Shown here: positions 47,966-56,209 of the stretch, one piece after another
Numbering within the stretch: position 1 is the first letter of the stretch
Layout: each line of letters opens with the position of its first letter
Assembly (NCBI GenBank): GCA_017502975.1
Contig: JAFVTV010000038.1
Span: forward strand, 12,194 to 76,193
Length of the DNA: 64,000 nucleotides
Reading direction: 5' to 3'
Origin: Clostridia bacterium
Lineage (GTDB): Bacteria; Bacillota; Clostridia; Oscillospirales; CAG-272
Made by a program: the position numbers and the translations under genes
The notes under the pieces: model-generated
Told to the model about the DNA's origin: nothing
Seen by the model: the letters and a program-made list of their open reading frames with translations, nothing else
The model's database searches: none

Positions 47966-50714
47966 AAGGGTACCTCCAAGGTAAAAATTTTGTCCTAAAA
48001 ACAGTATAACGCGGCGGCTGACATTTGTCAACCGCCGCGTGTGATTTTTTATTCAGCAGCCTTTTCTTATCGATCAGTCTGTGCACAAGCTTTACTACCT
48101 CAACAAGAGGAATGATGGTAAAGCCAAGCGCCATTGCAATCAGATATTCCTTCCAATCGATGGATGCCATTTCAAACAGGCCTGCAACCTCGGGGATCAG
48201 CACGACCACAGAGGTCAGCACGAGAGAAAGGATACCTGCGCCCCACAGCCACTTGTTCTGCCCCTTGAGGGTGAAGATAGAGCCGCGCAGCGAGCGCATG
48301 TTAAAGGAGTGGAAGACCTCACACATAGCGAGCGTGAGGAACGCCATTGTGGTACCGTGTACACTGTTGGTGATCTCAAAGTTACCGGTCTCATACCAGT
48401 GACCGATAAAGTAAGAAGCAAGCGTAATGAGCGTTACCAGCACACCCTGATAAGCAACGGCAGCGCCAAGACCGCCCGCAAAGATGCCCTCTTTCGAGTC
48501 ACGCGGCATACGCTTCATCACGTCAGCCTCGGGCTTTTCCATGCCGAGTGCGAGTGCGGGGAAGCAGTCGGTGATGAGGTTGATCCAAAGAAGCTGTACG
48601 GGCTGGAAGATGGTAAAGCCAAGCAGAGTGGCAAAGAAGATAGCCAGCACCTCGGAAAGGTTGGAGGCAAGCAGGAACTGGATTGCTTTACGGATGTTGT
48701 CGTAAATGCGGCGTCCCTCGCCTGCGGCGGAAACGATGGTAGCAAAGTTATCATCGGCAAGGATCATATCGGCAACATTTTTCGTTACGTCAGTGCCGGT
48801 AATGCCCATGCCAACGCCGATGTCGGCATTTTTGATAGAGGGTGCGTCGTTTACGCCGTCACCTGTCATTGCGGTAACCTTGCCCTTCTTGCGCCAAGCG
48901 TTAACGATTCTCGTCTTGTGCTCGGGCTGCACGCGTGCGTAAACACTGTATTTTTCAACCTCGACGTCAAAATCCTCATCGGAGATCTTGTCAAGGTCAG
49001 CGCCTGTGATCGCTTCATCGGCGCTTTCAATGATGCCAAGCTGCATGGCGATCGCAACGGCGGTGTCCTTGTGGTCACCCGTGATCATAATGGCGCGAAT
49101 GCCTGCGGAGCGGCACTCATCAATAGCGGGCTTCACCTCGGGGCGCACGGGGTCGATCATGCCAACAAGACCCACGTAGCAAAGATCACACTCTACAACC
49201 TCGGACTCGTAAGCCTCGGGCAGTGCGGCAAGCTCCTTCTTGGCAGCGGCAAGCACACGAAGTGCTTGGTCAGCCATCTTCTTGTTTGCGGCAAGGATAT
49301 CGGCGCGGATCGCGTCGGTCATTGCCACGATCTCGCCGTTTACAAGCGCGGTGGTGCAGCGCTTGAGGATCTCATCGGGCGCACCCTTGGTAAACTGCAA
49401 GAGCTTGCCGTCCTCGGTCTTGTGTACCGTGGACATCATTTTACGCATGGAATCAAAGGGAACCTCGCCAACACGCACGAGAATGTTTTTCTGCTCGTTT
49501 TTGCTCATGCCAACCTTTTCGGCATAGTTGACAAGCGCACACTCGGTGGGCTCACCGATCGCGGTGCCTGCCTCAACGTCAAACTCCGCATCGGAGCAAA
49601 GCGACATTGCGTTTGCAAGCAGCATTTCATCGGAGCCAACGAAATCAACGACGGTCATCTTGTTCTGGGTAAGCGTACCCGTTTTGTCGGAGCAGATGAT
49701 CTGCGTGCAGCCGAGCGTTTCCACCGCGGTCAGCTTACGGATAATGGCATTGCGCTTCGACATATTGGTTACACCGATCGAAAGCACGATGGTTACAACG
49801 GTTGCAAGACCCTCGGGAATTGCTGCAACCGCAAGAGAGATCGCCAGCATAAAGGAATTGAGAATCGTGTCAAAGCCAAAGCCGTCACGGATCAGCTGTA
49901 CGCCGAAGATCACTACACAAATACCGATAACGAGGTAGGTAAGGATCTTGGAAAGACCCGCAAGCTTGATCTGCAGGGGAGTTTTACCCTCCTGCGCGTT
50001 TGCAAGCGCGTCGGCGATCTTGCCCATTTCGGTATCCATGCCCGTAGCAACGACAACTGCCTTGCCGCGACCGTATACAACGGTAGAGCCCATAAATACC
50101 ATGTTCTTACGGTCACCAAGTGCTACGTCGCCGTTCTCGCCTGCTTTAAGGGCGGTATCCTGCTTGGTTACGGGTACCGATTCACCCGTGAGCGCCGCCT
50201 CCTCGATCTTCATCGAGGCACATTCGATAATGCGCGCGTCGGCGGGTACGGCATCGCCTGCCTCAAGCACGATGATATCGCCAACTACAAGATCCTCGCT
50301 GTGAATGGTGATCTGCTTACCGTCACGAATGACCTTACAGGTAGCGGCGGCAATTTCTTGCAGTGCCTCTATTGCTTTTTCGGCCTTGCTTTCCTGGAAC
50401 ACACCGAGAATGGCGTTGATGAGAACAACTGCCATGATGATCACAACGTCCGCGGGGAACTCCCAGTGACCTGCGCTGATGCCGTTGTAGATCTCAACAC
50501 CTGCCGAAATAATAGCGGCAACGATGAGAATGATGGTCATCGGCTCGGCAAGCTGCTTTAAAAAGCGCTTTATAAGAGATTCCTTCTTGCCCTCGGCAAG
50601 TTTGTTTTTGCCGTTTTTCTCAAGGCGCGCGGCGGCTTCGGCTTGGGATAAGCCCTGCTCGCTTGTGCCAACTTCGGCGAAAACGGCACTCGTTTCTTCA
50701 AGATAATGCTTCAT
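47772..50714 (-). CDS. P-type (P2A, Ca2+/Mn2+-type) cation-transporting ATPase; the formal ORF carries a ~92-codon aberrant C-terminal extension
   Basis: Motifs DKTGTLT, TGES, MITGDH and GDGVNDAP, with 10 TM segments. A normal-length protein (~888 aa) would end near 48050, but the frame stays open to 47772 and overlaps the next gene. Confidence 0.9.
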   Translation of the reverse strand: MKHYLEETSAVFAEVGTSEQGLSQAEAAARLEKNGKNKLAEGKKESLIKRFLKQLAEPMTIILIVAAIISAGVEIYNGISAGHWEFPADVVIIMAVVLINAILGVFQESKAEKAIEALQEIAAATCKVIRDGKQITIHSEDLVVGDIIVLEAGDAVPADARIIECASMKIEEAALTGESVPVTKQDTALKAGENGDVALGDRKNMVFMGSTVVYGRGKAVVVATGMDTEMGKIADALANAQEGKTPLQIKLAGLSKILTYLVIGICVVIFGVQLIRDGFGFDTILNSFMLAISLAVAAIPEGLATVVTIVLSIGVTNMSKRNAIIRKLTAVETLGCTQIICSDKTGTLTQNKMTVVDFVGSDEMLLANAMSLCSDAEFDVEAGTAIGEPTECALVNYAEKVGMSKNEQKNILVRVGEVPFDSMRKMMSTVHKTEDGKLLQFTKGAPDEILKRCTTALVNGEIVAMTDAIRADILAANKKMADQALRVLAAAKKELAALPEAYESEVVECDLCYVGLVGMIDPVRPEVKPAIDECRSAGIRAIMITGDHKDTAVAIAMQLGIIESADEAITGADLDKISDEDFDVEVEKYSVYARVQPEHKTRIVNAWRKKGKVTAMTGDGVNDAPSIKNADIGVGMGITGTDVTKNVADMILADDNFATIVSAAGEGRRIYDNIRKAIQFLLASNLSEVLAIFFATLLGFTIFQPVQLLWINLITDCFPALALGMEKPEADVMKRMPRDSKEGIFAGGLGAAVAYQGVLVTLITLASYFIGHWYETGNFEITNSVHGTTMAFLTLAMCEVFHSFNMRSLRGSIFTLKGQNKWLWGAGILSLVLTSVVVLIPEVAGLFEMASIDWKEYLIAMALGFTIIPLVEVVKLVHRLIDKKRLLNKKSHAAVDKCQPPRYTVFRTKFLPWRYPYAYKTQHCNCRYFFTSHLRYLRSLVDICDLHSTAAAGQKNFYSRYPHHTDDALLCKRWRLTAWP
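48009..48040 (-). terminator. Stem-loop between the ATPase core and the DUF4234 gene
   Basis: On the minus strand: ACGCGGCGGTTGAC-aaat-GTCAGCCGCCGCGT (one G-U pair) followed by TATACTGTTTTTAGG. Confidence 0.6.
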
Positions 50715-50740
50715 ATTGCTCCTTTCTTTCCCGAGAGGTG

Positions 50741-50787
50741 AAAAAAGACTCGCGGGGCGGCGCAAAGGTGGCTGCCCCGCGAGTCTT
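50741..50787 (-). terminator. Leader terminator (expression platform) upstream of the ATPase start
   Basis: On the minus strand: AAGACTCGCGGGGC-15 nt-GCCCCGCGAGTCTT followed by TTTTTT, about 25 nt before the RBS. Confidence 0.8.
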
Positions 50788-50868
50788 GTCGATTAAGATA
50801 AGCCAGGCCTTTCGGCTTGTGTTGTTGACTTATCACACAATTTCTGTGTCAACTACTCCCTCACGGAA
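50778..50868 (-). promoter_or_regulatory. Candidate yybP-ykoY (Mn2+) riboswitch aptamer
   Basis: The leader RNA contains CGUGAGGGAGUAGUUGAC near its 5' end and AUCGACAAGACUCGCG near its 3' end. CGUGAG (50865-50860) can pair with CUCGCG (50783-50778), which is also part of the terminator stem. The downstream gene is a P-type ATPase. Confidence 0.55.
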
Positions 50869-50878
50869 TTACGAGGGA

Positions 50879-50907
50879 ATTATAACACACAATTTTGCCT
50901 TTGTCAA
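50879..50907 (-). promoter_or_regulatory. Sigma-A-type promoter for the ATPase leader
   Basis: On the minus strand: TTGACA, 17 nt spacer, TATAAT, preceded by TGTGT. Confidence 0.65.
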
Positions 50908-50977
50908 GAGCTTTGTGAAAAACTTGACTTTCAATCATATTACTGATAAAATATTGTATAAGAAATGAGGTGAAAGT

Positions 50978-51439
50978 ATGAATTTTCGCAAGATAAAAAG
51001 AGAGGATGCTGCCGCTTATGTCGAAATGGCAACCGATTTTTACAGCTCGCCTGCGGTACTGCACAGTATTCCCCAAAATTACATTGAAAATACAGTAAAG
51101 GCCGTGCTTTCGGGAACGCCCTTTGCGGATATTTACATATTTGAAGAAAATAGCACCACCGTGGGCTACGGCTTGCTTGCCTATACCCACTCGCAGGAGG
51201 CGGGCGGGCTTGTGTGCTGGCTGGAGGAGATCTACGTGCGCCCCGCCGAGAGGGGCACGGGTGTGGGTGCGGCATTTATTGAATTTATCAAAAAAACTGT
51301 TCCTGCCGCACGCTATCGCCTTGAGGTAGAGCCCGACAATACGCGCGTGAAGGCACTTTACCGACGCCATGGCTTTTCGCCGCTTGCCTATGAGAGCTAT
51401 GTGCTTGAAAACCGAGAAGAAAACGGCAAAAAACAATAA
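50978..51439 (+). CDS. GNAT family N-acetyltransferase
   Basis: 153 aa with an acetyl-CoA-binding region (IYVRPAERGTGVGAAFI). Confidence 0.85.
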   Translation: MNFRKIKREDAAAYVEMATDFYSSPAVLHSIPQNYIENTVKAVLSGTPFADIYIFEENSTTVGYGLLAYTHSQEAGGLVCWLEEIYVRPAERGTGVGAAFIEFIKKTVPAARYRLEVEPDNTRVKALYRRHGFSPLAYESYVLENREENGKKQ

Positions 51440-51577
51440 CGCATGGGCGACAAATGCTCTTTTTTGCGTGAAAAACGCGAAAAAAGTCGAAACACGGCAT
51501 TGATTTTTTAAATGTTACATGCTACAATGAATATAGTATATTAAGACTTTAAAATTTGCATCAAAAGGAGAAAATGT

Positions 51578-52243
51578 ATGTTTTTATTTGGCAGAAGAAA
51601 AAAGCGCCTTGAAAGGGAGCGCCTTGCCGCAGAGCAGGCAGCAGCCGCCGAGCAGGCAAGAATTGCCGAGGAAATGAAAAAGGCGGAGGAAATGCGCCAA
51701 GCCGAGCTTGCGCAAAAGGCAGAGGCTGCAAGAAAGGCAGCCGAGATCGCCGCTGCCGAGGAGGCAGCCGCCGCGGAGCAGGCAGAAGCGGCTGAGCAAG
51801 CGCCTGCTGAGGTAGCAGAAGCACCCGCCGAGGAAATTAGCGAGGAGGTTGCAAAAGCAAACGGAAAGTTTGAGATCAAGCGCGCGAGTGACGGCAGATA
51901 CATGTTTAACGTGCGCGCGGGGAATACGCAGGTAATTGCAAGCTCGCAGATGTACAGCTCGATGGCATCCTGCAAAAACGGCATTGCCAGCGTTGGGGTA
52001 AATGCGCCCTTGGCGGCCATTGAGGATCAGACCCTGCAAACCATCAATGTGGAAAAGTGCCCCAAGTTCCAGATCTATTTTGACAAGGCAGGGCAGTACC
52101 GCTTCAATCTGATTGCCAAAAACGGCAATAACATTCTTTCCTGCACGCAGGGCTACCGTCAAAAGTCAAGCTGCAAAAACGGCATCAAGAGTGTGATCGC
52201 AAATGCAAGCGCCCCCACTGAGATTTTGAAGACCGAGAAATAA
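51578..52243 (+). CDS. YegP/DUF1508 tandem-domain protein with an Ala/Glu-rich N-terminal region
   Basis: Two DUF1508-like repeats (FEIKRASDGRYMFNVRAGNTQVIASSQMYSSMASCKNGIASV and FQIYFDKAGQYRFNLIAKNGNNILSCTQGYRQKSSCKNGIKSV) follow an ~85-aa AAEQA-type low-complexity segment. Confidence 0.8.
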   Translation: MFLFGRRKKRLERERLAAEQAAAAEQARIAEEMKKAEEMRQAELAQKAEAARKAAEIAAAEEAAAAEQAEAAEQAPAEVAEAPAEEISEEVAKANGKFEIKRASDGRYMFNVRAGNTQVIASSQMYSSMASCKNGIASVGVNAPLAAIEDQTLQTINVEKCPKFQIYFDKAGQYRFNLIAKNGNNILSCTQGYRQKSSCKNGIKSVIANASAPTEILKTEK

Positions 52244-52360
52244 GCAGTTCTATGTTGTAAAAAAGGAAAACGCGCATTTGCGAGGGTTCTCGTAAGGATG
52301 CTCACAAATTTCGGCAGAGATGTTATTTTCTCTGCCGATTTGTGCTATATTGAGAGGGTG

Positions 52361-52897
52361 ATGGAAATAGAAGAATTAAAAAGTAGAAAAACGCCAAGAT
52401 ATCAAAGCTTTGATTATAATAGTGTCGGCGCATATTTCATAACGATCTGCACGCAAAACAGGCGACCGCTTTTATCTCGCATCGTAGGGACAGGCGTCCT
52501 CGACTGTCCGCAAACCGAATTGACACGATACGGAAAAATTGCAGATAAATACATCAAACAAATAAATGATTTTTACAATCATTTATCGGTTGAGAGTTAT
52601 GTGATAATGCCTAACCATATTCACCTTTTGCTTTGGGTGAAGGAAAATAAAAACGCGGCCGATAACGGACAGTCGAGGACGCCTGTCCCTACAAATGTTG
52701 AGCGAGCAAACAGTGTGTGTTCGCAATTTGTATCGACATTTAAGCGCTTTTGCAACAAGGAGTATGGCGAAAACATTTGGCAGGCTCGCTTCAATGACCA
52801 TATCATCCGAAACCGCGCAGACTATGAAGAACATTTACGGTATATTTACGAAAATCCGCTTCGTTGGTACTACGATGAATTATACACGGCAGAATAG
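52361..52897 (+). CDS. IS200/IS605-like Y1 (HUH) transposase homolog, RAYT-like
   Basis: HUH motif (VIMPNHIHLLLW) and a C-terminal block (IWQARFNDHIIRNRADYEEHLRYIYENPLRW) with the catalytic-Tyr context. The start at 52361 follows gagaggg. Confidence 0.85.
   Translation: MEIEELKSRKTPRYQSFDYNSVGAYFITICTQNRRPLLSRIVGTGVLDCPQTELTRYGKIADKYIKQINDFYNHLSVESYVIMPNHIHLLLWVKENKNAADNGQSRTPVPTNVERANSVCSQFVSTFKRFCNKEYGENIWQARFNDHIIRNRADYEEHLRYIYENPLRWYYDELYTAE
52484..52510 (+). repeat. REP-like hairpin class i, in frame inside the RAYT-like gene (left arm)
   Basis: GTAGGGACAGGCGTCCTCGACTGTCCG, which encodes part of IVGTGVLDCPQ. Confidence 0.9.
52666..52692 (-). repeat. REP-like hairpin class i, in frame inside the RAYT-like gene (right arm)
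   Basis: CGGACAGTCGAGGACGCCTGTCCCTAC, the exact reverse complement of 52484-52510. It encodes part of NGQSRTPVPTN. Confidence 0.9.
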
Positions 52898-52993
52898 GGG
52901 CATGGACTTATCGGTTGTGCCTATGCATTTGTAATACAAATGCGAAGCTTGCAAGCCACAACGACAAGTATGAATTTTGGGAAAGGGGGGCTT

Positions 52994-53272
52994 ATGAAGA
53001 AATACACATGGATTGATACATTAAAAGAAGTATTAAAAGAACTATCTATTATACCATTGTTTGCTTTATTTTTAGCAATCGTTTTGCTCATTGCATATTT
53101 GCTTCCTGCCGGATTATTGAAATTTATCCCCTTTGAGGTTTTTTGTGCCCTTGTTTTTATTGCTATATTTGGAGTTTTATATGCAATATTCAACATTGTC
53201 GTGGTAATACAAAAAACAAGAGCAAAGAAAGGCCAAACCACGAAAGATAAAGACGAGCACTCCAATTTATAG
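52994..53272 (+). CDS. Hypothetical small membrane protein (AT-rich)
   Basis: About 92 aa with two TM segments and a basic C-terminal tail. The ATG at 52994 follows a G-rich RBS. Confidence 0.45.
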   Translation: MKKYTWIDTLKEVLKELSIIPLFALFLAIVLLIAYLLPAGLLKFIPFEVFCALVFIAIFGVLYAIFNIVVVIQKTRAKKGQTTKDKDEHSNL

Positions 53273-53286
53273 AACAGAACCAAACA

Positions 53287-53321
53287 AACCCCGACAGACA
53301 TTTACAAAATCTGTCGGGGTT
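53287..53321. terminator. Bidirectional stem-loop
   Basis: AACCCCGACAGA-11 nt-TCTGTCGGGGTT, between convergent genes. Confidence 0.65.
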
Positions 53322-53410
53322 AATGTATTTGTTTAAAGCGTAACAAATTCGAGCTCCACGAAAAAACTTCCTTATGAGAACCTGCTTTTTAATGCACGCC
53401 CTCTTCTTTT

Positions 53411-53992
53411 TTAAATTTCCTTCACCGCGGCCTTATACTCATCATAGCTTGCGATCACGTTAAGGGCGGCAAGCAGGGCATTGGGGGTCATGTCTGTGGG
53501 AAGGGCAAAGTGTTGTGCCAGCGCTGCGCGGCGCGCCGTTGCATTCTCGCATCCCGTTAGGCGATCTTCAAAGAAATCGACCTTGGATATGGGGCGCGCA
53601 GTGTTGCGTATCTTGCCATCCGAAAGTGGCTTTAAAAGCTCATATAAAAGCAGGGTATCCTGCCCCTCAACGCCAAGAAACCCTTCGGCAGAGGGTGCTT
53701 GCTTGCGCTTTTCCGTACCCTTTTTTTGCGGTACGTATAGCGGAATAATGCGCTCTTTTGGTATCGCTGTGCCGATGTGTGCGCGAATGAGCTTTCCCGC
53801 CCCATCGGGGTCGGTCAGCACCACAATGGGTGTTTTGGCGGCAAGGGCGCGCAGCAGCGCCAGCCGCTCCTTTTTTTTGAAAATACCAAACCCCTCGGTG
53901 GTCAGGATCTGCCCCTCCATCACGGCAAGAAGCCGCAGGCGGTCGTATTTTCCTTCTACTACCACGGGGTAGGAGATCTTTAGCTTTTCCAT
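53411..53992 (-). CDS. Toprim domain protein (RNase M5-like / DUF4093-like)
   Basis: 193 aa with VVVEGKYD and VVLTDPDGAGKLIR Toprim motifs. Confidence 0.7.
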   Translation of the reverse strand: MEKLKISYPVVVEGKYDRLRLLAVMEGQILTTEGFGIFKKKERLALLRALAAKTPIVVLTDPDGAGKLIRAHIGTAIPKERIIPLYVPQKKGTEKRKQAPSAEGFLGVEGQDTLLLYELLKPLSDGKIRNTARPISKVDFFEDRLTGCENATARRAALAQHFALPTDMTPNALLAALNVIASYDEYKAAVKEI

Positions 53993-54007
53993 TGTTTTGT
54001 ACCCTTT

Positions 54008-54826
54008 TTAAAAAATCAAAGTAAGAAGCACGGCAATGCCGAGGAGAATACGGTAAATGCCGAAGCAGGAAAAGGTGTGGCGACGCACGAAATCGGTCAA
54101 AAAGCGAAGTGCCGCAAGCGAAACGAGGAAGGCTGTGAGTGTGCCAACACCGAGAATCAGCCATTCGGTTGGAGCGAGTCTGCCCCCCGAAAGGAAAAAT
54201 TTTGTCACCTTCAGCACCCCCGCGCCCGCCATGGTAGGTAGGCCCAGAAAAAAGGAAAAAAGTGCTGAAACGGGGCGAGAAATGCCAAGTAAAAGACCCC
54301 CGAGGATCGTTGCGCCCGAGCGCGAGGTGCCCGGGATGAGTGATAGCACTTGAAAGGCACCGATCTTTAGTGCATCGGCATATCCAATGTCGCCCACGTG
54401 GTGTGTGCGGGGGAGCGCTTGGCGGCGCTCGATCGCCAAAAACAAAACGCCGTAAGCAATGAGAGAAACGGCTACCGTTAGTGGGTTAAACAGCAAGCTG
54501 TTGATGAGATCGTCAAAGAGGAGCCCGATGATAGCAGAGGGAATTGTTGCCACAACGATCTTGCCCCACAGCGAAAGGCACGCGCGACGCTCTGCCGTAT
54601 CCTTTCTTTTTGAAAAGGGGAAAAGGGTGTGGAAAAACAGCACCCCGACAGCAGACATGGCGCCAAGCTGTATCACGACCTCAAACAGCTCAAAAAAGCC
54701 GTCGTCAAGTGTGATGGGTAAGAAGTGCCGCAGTAAAATGATATGCCCCGTTGAGGAAACGGGCAGCCACTCGGTAATGCCCTCCAATATGCCAAAGCAA
54801 AGGGCAAGCAATATCGCGTAAAGCAC
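54008..54826 (-). CDS. uppP: Undecaprenyl-diphosphate phosphatase
   Basis: 272 aa with the motifs GITEWLPVSSTGH and PGTSRSGATI. Confidence 0.92.
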   Translation of the reverse strand: MLYAILLALCFGILEGITEWLPVSSTGHIILLRHFLPITLDDGFFELFEVVIQLGAMSAVGVLFFHTLFPFSKRKDTAERRACLSLWGKIVVATIPSAIIGLLFDDLINSLLFNPLTVAVSLIAYGVLFLAIERRQALPRTHHVGDIGYADALKIGAFQVLSLIPGTSRSGATILGGLLLGISRPVSALFSFFLGLPTMAGAGVLKVTKFFLSGGRLAPTEWLILGVGTLTAFLVSLAALRFLTDFVRRHTFSCFGIYRILLGIAVLLTLIF

Positions 54827-54940
54827 AGACGTATACTCCTTTCTTTATATAAGGTAAACGTCTGTTGTTTTATTCCCAATGTGTGAAGCGGGAGGGAGAG
54901 CCCTCCCCTATATTTTAAGATTGATGGCAAGAAAGCGCCA

Positions 54941-56209
54941 TCAATCCTTCTTTTTGCCGCCCTCGCGCCGTATCATGGCGGCGTAGGCGGCTGCTGCTTG
55001 CTCGTTTTTGTTATCTCCGTACACATAGTATTTTTTGCCCTTCAGGTCATCGGGCAGATACTGCTGTTTTACGTAGTGATAGGTGTAGTCGTGCGGGTAG
55101 CGGTAGCCCTTAAACAGGGGCGATTGCAGATGCGTGGGGGCGGTGACGCCAAGCCCGCGCTCCACATCCTCCCGCGCGGCGGCAACGGCGAGATACGCCG
55201 AATTTGATTTTGGTGCCGTGGCAAGCAAAAGCGCCGCGTTGGCAAGGGGGATCTGTGCCTCGGGGAAGCCAAGCTCCTTGGCGCTTTCACAGCAGGCGCG
55301 CACAATGGCAGCCGCCTGCGGATAGGCAAGCCCCACATCCTCGCTGGCAATGACCTGCAGGCGGCGGCAAAGGGAAATGAGGTCGCCCGTTGCCACTAAT
55401 TTTGCTACATAAAAGGCGGTAGCATCGGGGTCGGAGCCGCGAATGGATTTTTGCAGGCAGGACAAAAGATCGTAGTGCGTGTCGTCGTTTGCGTTGCCGA
55501 CCTTCACGTGAAAGCTTTCGATATGCTCGCGCAAAATGGCACACGTGTCGGTGTTTTTCTCGCCACTCTCGGTCGCACTTGCCGCAAAATAGCCGTTTTC
55601 AAGAAGTCCGATGCCGCGCCGCACGTCGCCGCCAACCGACGATGCTACAAAGGAAAGTGTTTCATCATCCGCCGTAACGCGGGTGCCGTTGTCGGCATTG
55701 AGCTTTGCCAGTGCGCGAGAGAGGGCAGGCACCATTTCGGCAGGTGCAACGGGCTTGAACTCAAACAGCGAGGAGCGCGAGATGATCGCGTTATAAATGT
55801 AAAAATGGGGGTTTTCTGTGGTAGAGGCAATCAGCGTTACGCGCCCATCCTCCATGTACTCAAGAAGCGCTTGCTGCTGCTTGCGGTTGAAATATTGGAT
55901 CTCATCAAGGTAGAGCAGCACGCCCCCCGCGCCAAACACGTTGTTGGTTTCGCTAAGGACCTCCTTGACCTCGGCAAGCGTTGCCGAGGTGCAGTTGAAG
56001 CGGCGAAAGAGCATCCCTGACCTTGCGGCGATAATGGCGGCGGCGGTGGTTTTACCCGTGCCGGGAGGGCCAAAGAAGATCATATTTGTCACGCGCCCGC
56101 TTTCCACCATGCGGCGCACCACGCCACGGGGGCCAAAGAGGTGCGTTTGCCCTACAATGGTATCAAAACTGTTGGGGCGCAGGATATCTGCTAACTGTTC
56201 GTTTCTCAT
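54941..56209 (-). CDS. rarA: Replication-associated recombination protein A (AAA+ ATPase)
   Basis: Walker A GPPGTGKTT, Walker B LLYLDEIQYFN and a MgsA-type C-terminal domain. Confidence 0.92.
   Translation of the reverse strand: MRNEQLADILRPNSFDTIVGQTHLFGPRGVVRRMVESGRVTNMIFFGPPGTGKTTAAAIIAARSGMLFRRFNCTSATLAEVKEVLSETNNVFGAGGVLLYLDEIQYFNRKQQQALLEYMEDGRVTLIASTTENPHFYIYNAIISRSSLFEFKPVAPAEMVPALSRALAKLNADNGTRVTADDETLSFVASSVGGDVRRGIGLLENGYFAASATESGEKNTDTCAILREHIESFHVKVGNANDDTHYDLLSCLQKSIRGSDPDATAFYVAKLVATGDLISLCRRLQVIASEDVGLAYPQAAAIVRACCESAKELGFPEAQIPLANAALLLATAPKSNSAYLAVAAAREDVERGLGVTAPTHLQSPLFKGYRYPHDYTYHYVKQQYLPDDLKGKKYYVYGDNKNEQAAAAYAAMIRREGGKKKD

Noticed and set aside
51541-52020. 159-aa and 192-aa minus-strand ORFs and other frames over the 5' half of the YegP gene.
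   Set aside because: They are products of the GCN-rich Ala/Glu low-complexity region (AAEQA repeats), which stays open in several frames. Only the plus-strand frame continues into recognisable DUF1508 domains.
55503-55513. parS-like core TTCACGTGAAA inside rarA.
   Set aside because: Only the central 11 nt match. Five of the 16 consensus positions differ in the flanks, so it is most likely a chance palindrome within coding sequence.
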